Program-made: the position numbers and the translations under genes
The notes under the pieces: generated by a model
Seen by the model: the letters and a program-made list of their open reading frames with translations, nothing else
Database searches by the model: none
What the model was told of the DNA's origin: nothing
Part shown: one piece after another, positions 8,582 through 18,593 of the stretch
Position numbering within the stretch: position 1 is the first letter of the stretch
How the letters are laid out: each line of letters starts with the position of its first letter
Virus record (IMG/VR): IMGVR_UViG_3300048597_000307
Location: 1 to 52,325 of that record
DNA length: 52,325 bases
Origin: a virus
Taxonomy: Duplodnaviria > Caudoviricetes
Strand: one strand, 5' to 3'

Positions 8582-11004
8582 TGCCAAAGAACACGCCCGG
8601 GCGCATCATCGATGAGGCAGCCATCCGGTCCGCCGTCGCCTTTTACGGAGGCGGGGGCGGCGCAGGCGGCGCGCTGCCCAGTCACAACATCCTGCCCGAC
8701 CTCGAAGTCGGCGACGCTCACCCGCACTATCTCAACGCTGCGCGCGGCGATGCCCGCTATGTGCCGCTGAGTCGCAATGTGGCCGCCGGTGAGGGCCTGA
8801 CGGGCGGCGGCGCGCTGTCCGGCAACATCTCGCTGGCTCTGGCGCCGTCCATTGCCGGGGCGGCGCTCGCCTACAATGCGGGGGTGCTGGCCGTCGTGCC
8901 CGGCGAGGGCCTGGAACTTGAGACCGACGCCATCGGGCTCTCGGCAAGCGTGGCCGGGGCGGGCCTGACGTATGCAGCCGGGATACTGTCCGTCTCAACT
9001 GGGGCGGGCTTGGCGGTGGTAGTTGACAGCGTGGCACTGGTTACGCCGGGCACGCTCGCCGTCGGCACCAACAACGACGCGGACGGGCCAAGCAACAACG
9101 GGCAGCACACGCACGCCATTACCAGCAGCAGCAACCCCGGGGCAGCGGCTGCTCTCCTGGCAACGGATGCGAGCGGCTACCTGCAACTGGTGCGGCTGAC
9201 CCTCAGCGACCGGCTGCGCGCCAGCTTGCTGGATACGGCCGCAGCCGAAAACATGACGCTGCAGCCCGGCGGCGACGTCGTCCTCGACCCGACCGGCAAT
9301 GACGTCTTGCCCGGCAACGCCTATGACATCAATCTCGGCACCCTCTCAAAGAAGTTCCTGAGCTTGCATGCTGCGGAGCTGTGGGTAGAGACGCTCGTCG
9401 CCCAAAGCACCATCGCCACCATCGGCGGGCGCATCATGGTAGGGCCGACCACGATTCTCACACGCGACCTCGCCCCTGCAGCGACCACGGTTTACGTCAA
9501 GCACAACCAGATGGTGTCAGGCGACCGCGCTTACATGGAAGCAGGCGGCCAGTTGGAGTTTCTTGCCGTCACCTCGGCGGGCACGCTGCAAGGCGCCGGA
9601 GATTATGCCTACACCGTGACGCGGAATCTCGACGGTACCGGCGCAAACCAGTGGTATGCCGGGGACGCCCTGTTTAACACGGGCCAGGCGGGCAACGGCT
9701 TCATCGACCTGTACAGCCTGTCGGGGATTCCGCGCGCTGGACAGAGCGGGCAGCGGGCGGGGCCGACCATCGTCGGCAACGTGCGGCTGTCGGCTACCTA
9801 CAACGATTTCCGCGAGCGGTGGGCCGTGGGCAACCTAAATGCGCTCTACGACTATGGGGCCAACGAGTACGGCGCAGCGTTCGGCAATCCGCTGGCCTCA
9901 TGGCTGGGGGCAGATGCTACCAACGGCGTGCGCATCATGCAGGGCACGACCAAGCGCACGCAACTGGACATCAACGGCAACCTGCGCTTCTACAACAGCG
10001 CCGGCAATGAGGTCATTGTGCTCGACAACGCCGGCAACAGCTTTTTTGCGGGCGTGATGAGCATCGGCACGGCGGGCGAGATTCGGCAGGGCACCGGGAC
10101 GCTCGGCGTGAGCTACACCGGCCTGCGCATCTGGCGCGACACGAACGTCGGGCGCATTGCCGGCTACAGCAACGACCTGCTGCAATGGCACGTCGGGACG
10201 GATGGCAAGCTCTATGCGGGCGGCGGCAATGTCAAGCTCGATGCAAACGGCGTAACGCTGCCGCTGTGGGCGCCTGAACTGGTGGAGCTGTCGGGGAAAA
10301 TCAAATGGCTTGTTCCTGGTACGGAGAACGGCTACAGCCTATATGCGGCGTCGGGGGTGTTTGTCCTCAACGTCCCTGTGCCACTCAACACGCATGTGCT
10401 GGAACTGCGGACTAATACCAATACCTACAAATTCTGGTCAGAACTCAATCTCCCCTCGCCCGCCAGTCTCACCGGCGCAACCTTCAGCGGCGCAGTCAGT
10501 GTCCCGAGCTTCAAAAACGTTGGCGGCGCCTACGCCAGTGACAATGCCCACGCATTTACGACAGCAAACGGCAGCGCCTATCAAGCCGTTGTCGCGCTCA
10601 GCTTCACGGGCACAAACCTGAGTCTGTCGGGCGGCGTGTTCTCCGCCAGCGCACTTGGCTTCCGGGACGGCTTATCTGTGCCGCAGCGCATTTATGCCGG
10701 CGGGTTGCTGGTGGCAAATGACTACAGCACTTCCGCCCCCAACTATCCTGGGCGCATCCCCGCCAACGGCATCTACAGCCTCGGTCCGGTTGCCATTGCC
10801 ACCAGTGACGGCGCAGGCAGCGGCTACAACCTGGACGTGTCTGGTGATGCGCGCGTGCGCAGCAGTGTGGCGGCCCCGTTACTGCGTCTGACGACGACAA
10901 CAGCACCCACGGCGGTGGCAGGACAGGCGGTAGTGCAGTTCGACGGCACTAATCTCAAGGTGACTCTCCCGGGTGGGACGGTCAAGACAATCAACTGGAC
11001 ATAG
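8581..11004 (+). CDS. Tail fibre/receptor-binding protein
   Basis: DAHPHYL, AGEGLTGGG and AGAGL repeats, HTHAI motif; about 807 aa, Gly-rich beta. Confidence 0.8.
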   Translation: MPKNTPGRIIDEAAIRSAVAFYGGGGGAGGALPSHNILPDLEVGDAHPHYLNAARGDARYVPLSRNVAAGEGLTGGGALSGNISLALAPSIAGAALAYNAGVLAVVPGEGLELETDAIGLSASVAGAGLTYAAGILSVSTGAGLAVVVDSVALVTPGTLAVGTNNDADGPSNNGQHTHAITSSSNPGAAAALLATDASGYLQLVRLTLSDRLRASLLDTAAAENMTLQPGGDVVLDPTGNDVLPGNAYDINLGTLSKKFLSLHAAELWVETLVAQSTIATIGGRIMVGPTTILTRDLAPAATTVYVKHNQMVSGDRAYMEAGGQLEFLAVTSAGTLQGAGDYAYTVTRNLDGTGANQWYAGDALFNTGQAGNGFIDLYSLSGIPRAGQSGQRAGPTIVGNVRLSATYNDFRERWAVGNLNALYDYGANEYGAAFGNPLASWLGADATNGVRIMQGTTKRTQLDINGNLRFYNSAGNEVIVLDNAGNSFFAGVMSIGTAGEIRQGTGTLGVSYTGLRIWRDTNVGRIAGYSNDLLQWHVGTDGKLYAGGGNVKLDANGVTLPLWAPELVELSGKIKWLVPGTENGYSLYAASGVFVLNVPVPLNTHVLELRTNTNTYKFWSELNLPSPASLTGATFSGAVSVPSFKNVGGAYASDNAHAFTTANGSAYQAVVALSFTGTNLSLSGGVFSASALGFRDGLSVPQRIYAGGLLVANDYSTSAPNYPGRIPANGIYSLGPVAIATSDGAGSGYNLDVSGDARVRSSVAAPLLRLTTTTAPTAVAGQAVVQFDGTNLKVTLPGGTVKTINWT

Positions 11005-11012
11005 GAGGCTCT

Positions 11013-11447
11013 ATGGCACTCACGCAGCGCCAAATCAATTGTTTCGAGAAGAACTCGCAGTTTGTGAACGAGGTGGCGGCGGCGCTGCTGGTCATTGCCG
11101 CCAACACCATGGCGCAGGCGCTGGTCGTGCTCAACACGCCCGAGGCGAGCGAGGTCGAGCGAACCTTTGCGGCCATCCGGCAGCGCATCGCTGACCAGAT
11201 TCTGCGTGAGCAGGGCATCAACGTACAGGGTGCAACGATGGGCATGGGTATGCCCGCACTCCCAGGTCAGACCGCAACCGGGGGGAGTACGGCCATGAGA
11301 TACCTGATACAACAGATGCTGCTCCAATCCACCTGGACGATGACTCCCGACCAGTGGGCGGCAGACGAGATGCTGGCGCGGGCCACCATCACGGCGAGCA
11401 TGGCGACCCTGATGCAGAATCTCACAGCTATTCCGACGCAACCATGA
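11013..11447 (+). CDS. Hypothetical protein (possible fibre chaperone)
   Basis: AGGAGG RBS; follows fibre gene. Confidence 0.6.
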   Translation: MALTQRQINCFEKNSQFVNEVAAALLVIAANTMAQALVVLNTPEASEVERTFAAIRQRIADQILREQGINVQGATMGMGMPALPGQTATGGSTAMRYLIQQMLLQSTWTMTPDQWAADEMLARATITASMATLMQNLTAIPTQP

Positions 11448-11470
11448 GCAACCGAAGGAGACGCAGACAC

Positions 11471-11821
11471 ATGGATACGCAGCAGCAACAGGACGACGTA
11501 ACCGAGGTTACAGCCACGCCGGAACCGGGCACGCCGGAACCGGGCACGGCCGAACAGCCCAGTGAACAGACTGCCGCCGTGCCGGACCCGATTGCGGTCA
11601 AGGCGCAACAGGCGCTGGAACGCATGAGCTATTTGACGCTCAGCCTCGTCCAGCAGCGTGAGGAGCTGGCGCAGCAGGAGCGCGAGGCTGAGCTGCTGGC
11701 GGCAGACATTGCACAGCGCCGGCTGCGCATCACGGCGCAGGAGGAGGAACTGCAACGCGTCCGCGGCGCAGTGACCGTCCTAAACCAACTGCAACAGGAA
11801 CTTGCCCAGGGGGCCAAATGA
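11471..11821 (+). CDS. Coiled-coil hypothetical protein
   Basis: AAGGAG RBS; Q/E/L heptads; short tandem TPEPG repeat. Confidence 0.6.
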   Translation: MDTQQQQDDVTEVTATPEPGTPEPGTAEQPSEQTAAVPDPIAVKAQQALERMSYLTLSLVQQREELAQQEREAELLAADIAQRRLRITAQEEELQRVRGAVTVLNQLQQELAQGAK

Positions 11822-14784
11822 ACACGCACCGCACCCACATCACCGCCATCACGATCCTGACCATCCTCTTGAGCCTGCTGGCGTTCGCACCGGCGCAAGC
11901 GCAGACACCCACCGCTACCCCGGCGACAGGCAGCTACATCCTGCGGCCGGGGGCTGGCGGCGGTTTTATCATTGAGCTGCGACCGCACACGCCGACGCCG
12001 CGCCCGACCGCAACGGCGACGCGCACGCCTGTGCCGACGATGACGGCTACGGCGACCGCTACGCCCCAGCCGCCCACGGCGACCGCCACGGCACTCCCGG
12101 CGACGGCCACCAATACCCCAACGGCGCTCCTGCCCACGGCGACGGCCACAGCCACACCGACACAGACGCCGCCTGTGCAGGCGACAGGGCCGCTGACGGT
12201 CAACGTGCCACTAACGGGCCTACTGCCGGGCGACGAGGGCTTTAACGCCAACAACTGGGGCATCGTCTGGGCCGGGGACATTTCGCCCGCAGGCGGCTAC
12301 AGCCAGGCACGCATCATTGGGGGCGACTCTGGCGTGCTGGTGTACGTCCAAAACATGACGCCTAACGCAGGCGGCACGTTCGGACTCAACCTCAACGGCC
12401 GCGCCTTTCCCGGTACGCTGCGCGACGGCAGCGGCTGGGAGTACGGCGGCACAGGCATCGGCTGGCGCGGCTGGTCTGCGTCGCGGCTGATACCGTGGGC
12501 CGAGTTGGGCGGCAAGCCGCAGCCGGGGGACGTGTGGCCGCTGGTGCTGACCAGCGTGGGCGGCGAGCAGTGGGTGGGCGTGCTGCACTGGGGCCTGCCC
12601 GAATACGCCGGACAGACCGGCACGCATACCGTCACGGTGCCTGTAGTGCGCGACGCCAGTCTTGGCGGCGGCACTGATTGTGGCAACGATGACGACCCCA
12701 ACAACAGGCTCTCGCCGACGTGGTTTGCGGACTGGGGCGGACTCTCGCGCGGGATGTGGGGCAGCGGCACAATCAACCTCGGGCAAATCACCTACGCCAA
12801 CGTGCAGAACCAGTGGGATACGACCGACTGGCCCTGCTATGCGCGCTACCTCGCAGCCTGGCAACTGCCCGCACTGCCGGCCGGCGCCACTGTAACCGGT
12901 GCGTGGCTAGATGTATACAACTTCGGGCATAGCTGGCCCCGGCCCGGCGACCCCCAAATGGACACGCTCTACACCACCATCCAGGCGCACGACGTGTCGC
13001 CGCAGTGGGATGAGACGGCGGTCACCTGGGACAATGCGCCTGCGCCGCGCGAGAATGTGTCATGGACGCGGTGGGACCTCTGTGCCGAGGGCGCAAACTG
13101 TACGCGGGCCCTGGACGTGACCGAGATTGTGCGCCGGGCCTACGCTGCCGGGTTGCCGGATGCGGCGGCGCTGCTGTATACCGCTGCGGGGAGCTATCAC
13201 AGCGGTCCCTACATTTACACGCGTGAGGGCGGTACTCCGCCCGTCGTGCGGATTAGCTACGAGCTGCCAGGAGGGCCAGTATGGACACCCACCCCACCCC
13301 CACTGCCTACCGCAGAGCCTACCAAAACACCGCCACCCGCACCGCCGAGTGCCACGCCTACCGCGACGAGCGCGCCGCCTGCGACGGCAACGCCAACCAT
13401 TGCGCCGAGCGCAACGCCTACACGCGCTGCGCCTACTGCGTCACCTACGCCGTCGTCAACCTCGACGCCTACGCCGGTGCCGCCACAGACGGCGGGCCGG
13501 ACCTACTACCTAAGCCCAGCGGGCAGTGACAACGCAGCCGGTACGTTCGCCGCACCCTGGCGCACGTTCGCCAAGGCGTGGCAGACACTCCAGCCGGGCG
13601 ACCTGCTCTTCCTGCATGATGGCACCTACACGCCGGACACAACCGGGGTCATGCAGCCCAACGGGCGCAACGGGGAACCGGGCAAGCCGATTACCATCAA
13701 GGCGCTGAACGACGGCAAGGCCACAATCGACGGGCAAGGCACGGCCATCCCCGTCAAGCTCGGCGACAACTGGCCGGGCAACATCGGGGATTGGTACGTC
13801 CTGGAGGGCGTGGTCGTGCGCAACGGCATGGACAGCGTGCTCCAGGTGCGCGGCAACCACAACGTTCTGCGCCGCGTGTCGGTCTACAATGGCGACCCGG
13901 ACGACAACACGCAGAACGTGCTGCTGTGGGGCAATGACAACCTGCTCGAAGACGCCATCGTCGGCGGTGCGGGGCGCTACATGGTCAACGCCTACACGTC
14001 GCGCGGCAACACCATCCGGCGCGTGCTGACGCTCTGGCAGGGGTGGGACGGGCGGCATTTCTGCGGGGTGACGTGGCCCAACGGCAACGCCATCGGCGTG
14101 TACAACGCATCTAACACCACGATCGAGAACGCCATCGCCTACGGGCGGGCGGTGACGGGGATTTTCATCCAGGCGAACGCGGACAACGCCACTGCCAACA
14201 ACAACGCCATCCTGGGGAGCATGGCGCTCAACAGCGGGCGCGACTATGACGGCAGTGTATGGCGCTACGGCTCCCCGACGTGGCCCGACCCGACGCGGCC
14301 AGGGCCGACCGCGGACAGGTGGAACGGGCGAGACTGCACGGACGCGGTCACCAACCTCGGACCGAATCAGCGCACCGGTTTTGAGCTTTGGGGACAAGGC
14401 ACCGTCACCGCCAACACCTACCGCGACGTGCTGGCGGCGGGCAGCGTGGGCTACGGCCTGAGCGTGCAACACCCCTATGGCGCGGGCGCGCAGGGCACGG
14501 TCATCGACCATGCGACCGTGCGCGGGACGGGCGGCGTAGAGCTGGATAGCAGCGATTACACCATCACCAACTCGCGGCTGGAGGGCACACGGTACGCCAC
14601 CCAGGGCGCGGGGATGCGGCCGTTGGCCTATGTGGACCGGGCGGCAGTCGGCACGCTCACTAGCTGGCCGATGGATGGCCGGGCGCGGGCCGAGTTGGGA
14701 CTGAGCATCGACGAGCTGTGGGCAGCGGCGTTGGCAGACGCGGCGCTGCCGGTGCCCGCGGGCGGGACGCAGTTGGGCAGGTAG
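11818..14784 (+). CDS. Secreted multidomain protein: signal peptide, Thr/Pro linkers, DNRLRE-like domain, right-handed beta-helix (pectate lyase-like)
   Basis: Hydrophobic N-terminus ending AQA; TPTAT linkers; WDETAVTWDNAP; YYLSPAGSDNAAGTFAAPWRT...PGD...GTY. Confidence 0.75.
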   Translation: MNTHRTHITAITILTILLSLLAFAPAQAQTPTATPATGSYILRPGAGGGFIIELRPHTPTPRPTATATRTPVPTMTATATATPQPPTATATALPATATNTPTALLPTATATATPTQTPPVQATGPLTVNVPLTGLLPGDEGFNANNWGIVWAGDISPAGGYSQARIIGGDSGVLVYVQNMTPNAGGTFGLNLNGRAFPGTLRDGSGWEYGGTGIGWRGWSASRLIPWAELGGKPQPGDVWPLVLTSVGGEQWVGVLHWGLPEYAGQTGTHTVTVPVVRDASLGGGTDCGNDDDPNNRLSPTWFADWGGLSRGMWGSGTINLGQITYANVQNQWDTTDWPCYARYLAAWQLPALPAGATVTGAWLDVYNFGHSWPRPGDPQMDTLYTTIQAHDVSPQWDETAVTWDNAPAPRENVSWTRWDLCAEGANCTRALDVTEIVRRAYAAGLPDAAALLYTAAGSYHSGPYIYTREGGTPPVVRISYELPGGPVWTPTPPPLPTAEPTKTPPPAPPSATPTATSAPPATATPTIAPSATPTRAAPTASPTPSSTSTPTPVPPQTAGRTYYLSPAGSDNAAGTFAAPWRTFAKAWQTLQPGDLLFLHDGTYTPDTTGVMQPNGRNGEPGKPITIKALNDGKATIDGQGTAIPVKLGDNWPGNIGDWYVLEGVVVRNGMDSVLQVRGNHNVLRRVSVYNGDPDDNTQNVLLWGNDNLLEDAIVGGAGRYMVNAYTSRGNTIRRVLTLWQGWDGRHFCGVTWPNGNAIGVYNASNTTIENAIAYGRAVTGIFIQANADNATANNNAILGSMALNSGRDYDGSVWRYGSPTWPDPTRPGPTADRWNGRDCTDAVTNLGPNQRTGFELWGQGTVTANTYRDVLAAGSVGYGLSVQHPYGAGAQGTVIDHATVRGTGGVELDSSDYTITNSRLEGTRYATQGAGMRPLAYVDRAAVGTLTSWPMDGRARAELGLSIDELWAAALADAALPVPAGGTQLGR

Positions 14785-14793
14785 GGGCGACAC

Positions 14794-16866
14794 ATGGCAA
14801 TCGCGTTTCGGGCAGCGGCCACCGCGCAGGGCAGCGGCAACAACCTCACCATCGCCAAGCCTACGGGGGTAGTGCAGGGCGACCTGTTGTTGGCGGCGTT
14901 TGGCATCAAAACCAACGACGGCATCAACAGTGCGCCGTCTGGTTGGACGCTGCTCGATTCGCTGCTCAACGGCGGCCACGGTTGCGCGGTCTACTACAAA
15001 GTGGCCGGGGCGTCGGAGCCGACTTCGTACACGTGGAACTACGGCAACGAAGAATGGGACGAGATGGCGGGGGCCATCGTCGCCTACAGCGGCGTAGACA
15101 CCACGACCTCCGTCGAGGCGTACACCGAATTTGGCACGACGCATAGCAATTTCAAGGCGCTCAGCGTTACGACGCTCAGTGCCGATGCGGTTCTCCTGGC
15201 CATCGCCGGTACGGGCGAATGGGCGTTCGCCAACTCGACCACGACCGTGCCAAGCGGCTACACGCAGCGCGCATCCATCAAGACGGGCGGCACGGGCGGC
15301 GTGCTGCTGGCCGACAAAACGCAAGCCACTGCGGGCGCGAGCGGCGACGCGTCGTTTACGCCGAGTGACTTGTATTTTGTCGTCACCTACCACCTGGCGC
15401 TCAAGCCCGCGGGCGGCGGCAGCGTAACCAAGACTGTCACGGACGCCGGTGCAGGCAGCGACGCCATTGCCCAGCTGCGCGTGGCGTTCGGCGTCACCGA
15501 TGCGGGCGTAGGCGCAGACGGGCTGGGAGGACGGGCGGCGGCGGTCGCAACTACCGACAGTGGTACGGGTGCGGACGCGCTGGGCCAACTGCGGGCGGTG
15601 CTGGCGGCGGTTGACGCCGGCGCAGGCACGGATGCGCTGGCCCAGATGCTGGCGGCGCTTGCGCTGGCAGACAGCGGCGCCGGAGTGGACGCGGTGAGCG
15701 TGCTCGCGGCTGCGCTCAAGCAAGTCCTGGACAGCGGCGCAGGCGTGGACAGTGTGCTGCAACTGCTGGCAGGGGTGACGGCCGCTGACGCCGGGACGGG
15801 GCTCGACCTCGTGGCGCAGCTGCTGGCGCGGCTCAACCAGGCCGACGCTGGAGCCGGGACCGACGTCATCGCCGGCCTCGCTGCGGCGCTGGGCATAGCG
15901 GACAGCGGCGCAGGCGTGGATGCGCTCGGCAGTGTGGCTGCGGCGCTGACGGTCGCCGATGCCGGGACCGGGGCCGACAATCAGGCGGTGAGTGTCACGC
16001 TGACGGTGACGGACAGCGGCGCGGGGGTTGATGCGGCGCTCCAGCTGATCCTCATTGCCGTAGCCGATGCGGGCAGCGCAGTAGACAGCCTCAGCAGCAT
16101 CACGGCGACGATGACTGTGCCGGACGCTGGCGCAGGCGGCGAGCTGCTGACGGTGGCGGCAACGGTGAGCGTGGCCGACGCGGGCAGCGGGGCCGAGGCG
16201 CTGGCGCTGTTGACGGAGGCGCTGAAACAGGTGTTTGACGCCGGCTTTGGCGCTGACACCGTGCTCCCGCCTGCGGTGAGCGTGACGGTGAGCGACGCCG
16301 GCAGCGGGGCCGAGGCGCACACTATCAGCGTGACGCTGAGTGTGGCTGACGATGCGGCCGCGAGTGACCTTGTAACCATCGTTACGGGGGCGATCCGGAC
16401 GGTGCTGGACCTGGGCGTCGGGGCCGACCTGGTGAGCGTGGCAGTGGCGCCGCTGCTGGTTGCGGATGCGAGTGCAGGCAGTGAGACGACGGGCGTCAAT
16501 GTGGCGCTGACGGTGAGCGACGCCGGCAGCGGCGCAGACAGCGTACTGCAGCTCATGCTCATTGCAGTAGCGGACCTGGCTACCGGCGTGGATGCGGTCG
16601 GCAGTGTGAGCGTCAGTGTGCCGGTGGCGGACCTTGGCCAGGGCCTCGACGTGCTGGGCCAGGTGCGGGCGGTACTCAATCTGCTCGACGCTGGCGCAGG
16701 TCTGGATGTCACGGTTTCTTTCGATTCGGCGGTGCGGATCGTGAAGATCATCTTCACGCTGCGCGCCCGCCGGATTGTGTTCGGTTTCAGCACGCGCAGC
16801 ATCACATTCGGGTGGGCGCTGCGGTTGGTTGGGTTTGAACTATCAGGAGTTGGAGGTAACGAGTGA
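14794..16866 (+). CDS. Fibre-like protein with N-terminal beta domain and about 23 repeats of 18-20 aa
   Basis: KPTGVVQGDLLLA..PSGWTL N-domain; periodic D(A/S)GxGxD repeats. Confidence 0.75.
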   Translation: MAIAFRAAATAQGSGNNLTIAKPTGVVQGDLLLAAFGIKTNDGINSAPSGWTLLDSLLNGGHGCAVYYKVAGASEPTSYTWNYGNEEWDEMAGAIVAYSGVDTTTSVEAYTEFGTTHSNFKALSVTTLSADAVLLAIAGTGEWAFANSTTTVPSGYTQRASIKTGGTGGVLLADKTQATAGASGDASFTPSDLYFVVTYHLALKPAGGGSVTKTVTDAGAGSDAIAQLRVAFGVTDAGVGADGLGGRAAAVATTDSGTGADALGQLRAVLAAVDAGAGTDALAQMLAALALADSGAGVDAVSVLAAALKQVLDSGAGVDSVLQLLAGVTAADAGTGLDLVAQLLARLNQADAGAGTDVIAGLAAALGIADSGAGVDALGSVAAALTVADAGTGADNQAVSVTLTVTDSGAGVDAALQLILIAVADAGSAVDSLSSITATMTVPDAGAGGELLTVAATVSVADAGSGAEALALLTEALKQVFDAGFGADTVLPPAVSVTVSDAGSGAEAHTISVTLSVADDAAASDLVTIVTGAIRTVLDLGVGADLVSVAVAPLLVADASAGSETTGVNVALTVSDAGSGADSVLQLMLIAVADLATGVDAVGSVSVSVPVADLGQGLDVLGQVRAVLNLLDAGAGLDVTVSFDSAVRIVKIIFTLRARRIVFGFSTRSITFGWALRLVGFELSGVGGNE
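15430..16720 (+). repeat. Degenerate coding tandem repeat (about 57-bp period)
   Basis: GAC(AGC/GCC)GGC..GG..GA(C/T) recurs with the 18-20 aa protein period. Confidence 0.7.
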
Positions 16867-17594
16867 ACACGGAACAGATTTTTTACAGGACACGCTGGCA
16901 GGTCACCCGCTACGCCGATGAAGCTGGGTTTGCGGCGGGGAAGGCTTCGGCGGTGGTGGGCGGCGACGGCAAACAACTGCCGGCCGTCTCGGTCGTGGAG
17001 GGGAACCTCCTGCTGCAAGAGGGCATTACCCGGCTGCTGAACCTGCTGATCGGCGGCGGCGGCACGGTGTACAGCAATGCTAACGCCCGCATCGGCGTCG
17101 GCGACGGCGCACCCAGCGCGCTCGCCGGCACGCTCGGCTTCACCAGCGGCTCGGCCAACGTCACCGGCACCGGCACGTCGTTCACCACGGCGCTGGCGGT
17201 GGGGGATCACCTGGTGGGGCCGGACGGCCAGATCTACACCGTCCAGACCATCACCAACAACACGGCGCTGGTCCTGACCGGCAACTACGCCGGCGCGACG
17301 CAGAGCGGCGTCACGGTCAACAAAATCACCCGCGCCATTGCCACCCAGACGGACCTGCTGGCAAGCACTAACAAGCTCTATAAAGCGATGGACGCCACGT
17401 TCCCGCAGATCAGCGCGCAGACCGTCACCTTTCAGGCGCAGTTTACCGGTGCGGAGGCAAACTACGCGTGGAACGAGGTCACGGTAGACAACGGCAGCTC
17501 GGCGGCGGAGAACTTCAACCGCAAGGTGGCATACAACGGGGTCAAGGCCTCGGGCCAGGTCTGGACGTTACAGCTGAGCGTAACAATCGGATAG
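16863..17594 (+). CDS. Virion structural protein (fibre-associated)
   Basis: GITRLLNLLIG, IGVG, EANYAWNE, FNRKV motifs; inserted VTGTGTSF domain. Confidence 0.65.
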   Translation: MNTEQIFYRTRWQVTRYADEAGFAAGKASAVVGGDGKQLPAVSVVEGNLLLQEGITRLLNLLIGGGGTVYSNANARIGVGDGAPSALAGTLGFTSGSANVTGTGTSFTTALAVGDHLVGPDGQIYTVQTITNNTALVLTGNYAGATQSGVTVNKITRAIATQTDLLASTNKLYKAMDATFPQISAQTVTFQAQFTGAEANYAWNEVTVDNGSSAAENFNRKVAYNGVKASGQVWTLQLSVTIG

Positions 17595-17597
17595 ACT

Positions 17598-17927
17598 ATG
17601 AGGCAACCCATTGAGCAGGTGAACGAGAAGTCCACCGCATATCTCACCGCCACCTTCAAGGACAAGGCTGGGGTCGCACAGGCCCCAGCTTTGGCCCACT
17701 ACCGCATCGACGATGTCGAAAGCGGGCAGACGGTGCGGGGAGAGACGGAAATCACGGCGCCGGGCGCAGTCGTCGAGCTGGTCCTCACCGTGGTCGATAA
17801 CACGCTGGTCAACCAAGCTGCCAAGCATGAGTTGCGGCGTGTCACTGTTGTAGGAGAGTATGGCGCGGGCGACGCTGTGACGGCTGAGTATATCTATGAT
17901 GTCGTCAATCTGAAGGGCGTCAGTTAG
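17598..17927 (+). CDS. Small Ig-like/BppU-like structural protein
   Basis: 109 aa, beta-rich; position in structural block. Confidence 0.5.
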   Translation: MRQPIEQVNEKSTAYLTATFKDKAGVAQAPALAHYRIDDVESGQTVRGETEITAPGAVVELVLTVVDNTLVNQAAKHELRRVTVVGEYGAGDAVTAEYIYDVVNLKGVS

Positions 17928-17938
17928 GCAAGAAGTTT

Positions 17939-18580
17939 ATGCGCGTACTGGTCATCGCACCCGACCAGCCTGGAATCAACACACGGCCGGAAATCCGGCA
18001 GATTCAGCGCCGCCACCACATGTCAGTGCTGGACGGCACGGTAACGGCAACGGACATCTATGAATGCTGTAGAGAAACGCACTTCGATGTGCATCACTAC
18101 GCAACGCACTCGGGGCCGGATGGCGTGGAGCTGTCCAACCAGGTCATCTTCGGCCCGGAGGAGATTGCGCAGGTGGCGCGTCTCAAGGAAACGCAGACGT
18201 TGTTCTTCAACAGTTGTCAGGCGGGCAAGCTGGCGAGCTATGCCGTGCGTCACGGCTTGCGCTATGCTGTCCACACCAACATCGACCTGGAGGACGCCGA
18301 AGCCTGGAAGGCGGCCATTGCCTTCTATGGCAGTATGGAGAACGGGCACGCCAAGGACATCGTCGGTGCCTATGTAGTGGCGGATTCGGGCGACGGCGAA
18401 TATGGGCTCGCCGTTTCGCCCACCTATATCCAGGAACTGCAAGCCCGGGCAGCGGCGGCCATTTTGCCCACAGCGGGCATGGTGACCATCAACCGCTGGC
18501 AGATGGTGCTATTCGGCATCGGCGTCCTGCTGGCGTCGGGTGCCTGGACGATGCTCATCAATGTGCTGTCGGGCCGGTAA
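17939..18580 (+). CDS. CHAT (caspase-like) domain protein with C-terminal transmembrane helix
   Basis: MRVLVIAP start, DVHHYATHS (His motif), LFFNSC (Cys motif); hydrophobic C-terminus. Confidence 0.65.
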   Translation: MRVLVIAPDQPGINTRPEIRQIQRRHHMSVLDGTVTATDIYECCRETHFDVHHYATHSGPDGVELSNQVIFGPEEIAQVARLKETQTLFFNSCQAGKLASYAVRHGLRYAVHTNIDLEDAEAWKAAIAFYGSMENGHAKDIVGAYVVADSGDGEYGLAVSPTYIQELQARAAAAILPTAGMVTINRWQMVLFGIGVLLASGAWTMLINVLSGR

Positions 18581-18593
18581 CAGAGGGGGAACC

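Noticed and set aside
13510-16320. 936-aa minus-strand ORF and similar long antisense ORFs (e.g. 5971-7491, 31617-32933, 44701-46095)
   Set aside because: Shadows of GC-rich sense genes; Arg/His-rich with no motifs or RBS.
8581-17594. Diversity-generating retroelement or invertible fibre cassette
   Set aside because: No reverse transcriptase or serine invertase, and no TR/VR-like duplicated segment noticed by eye.
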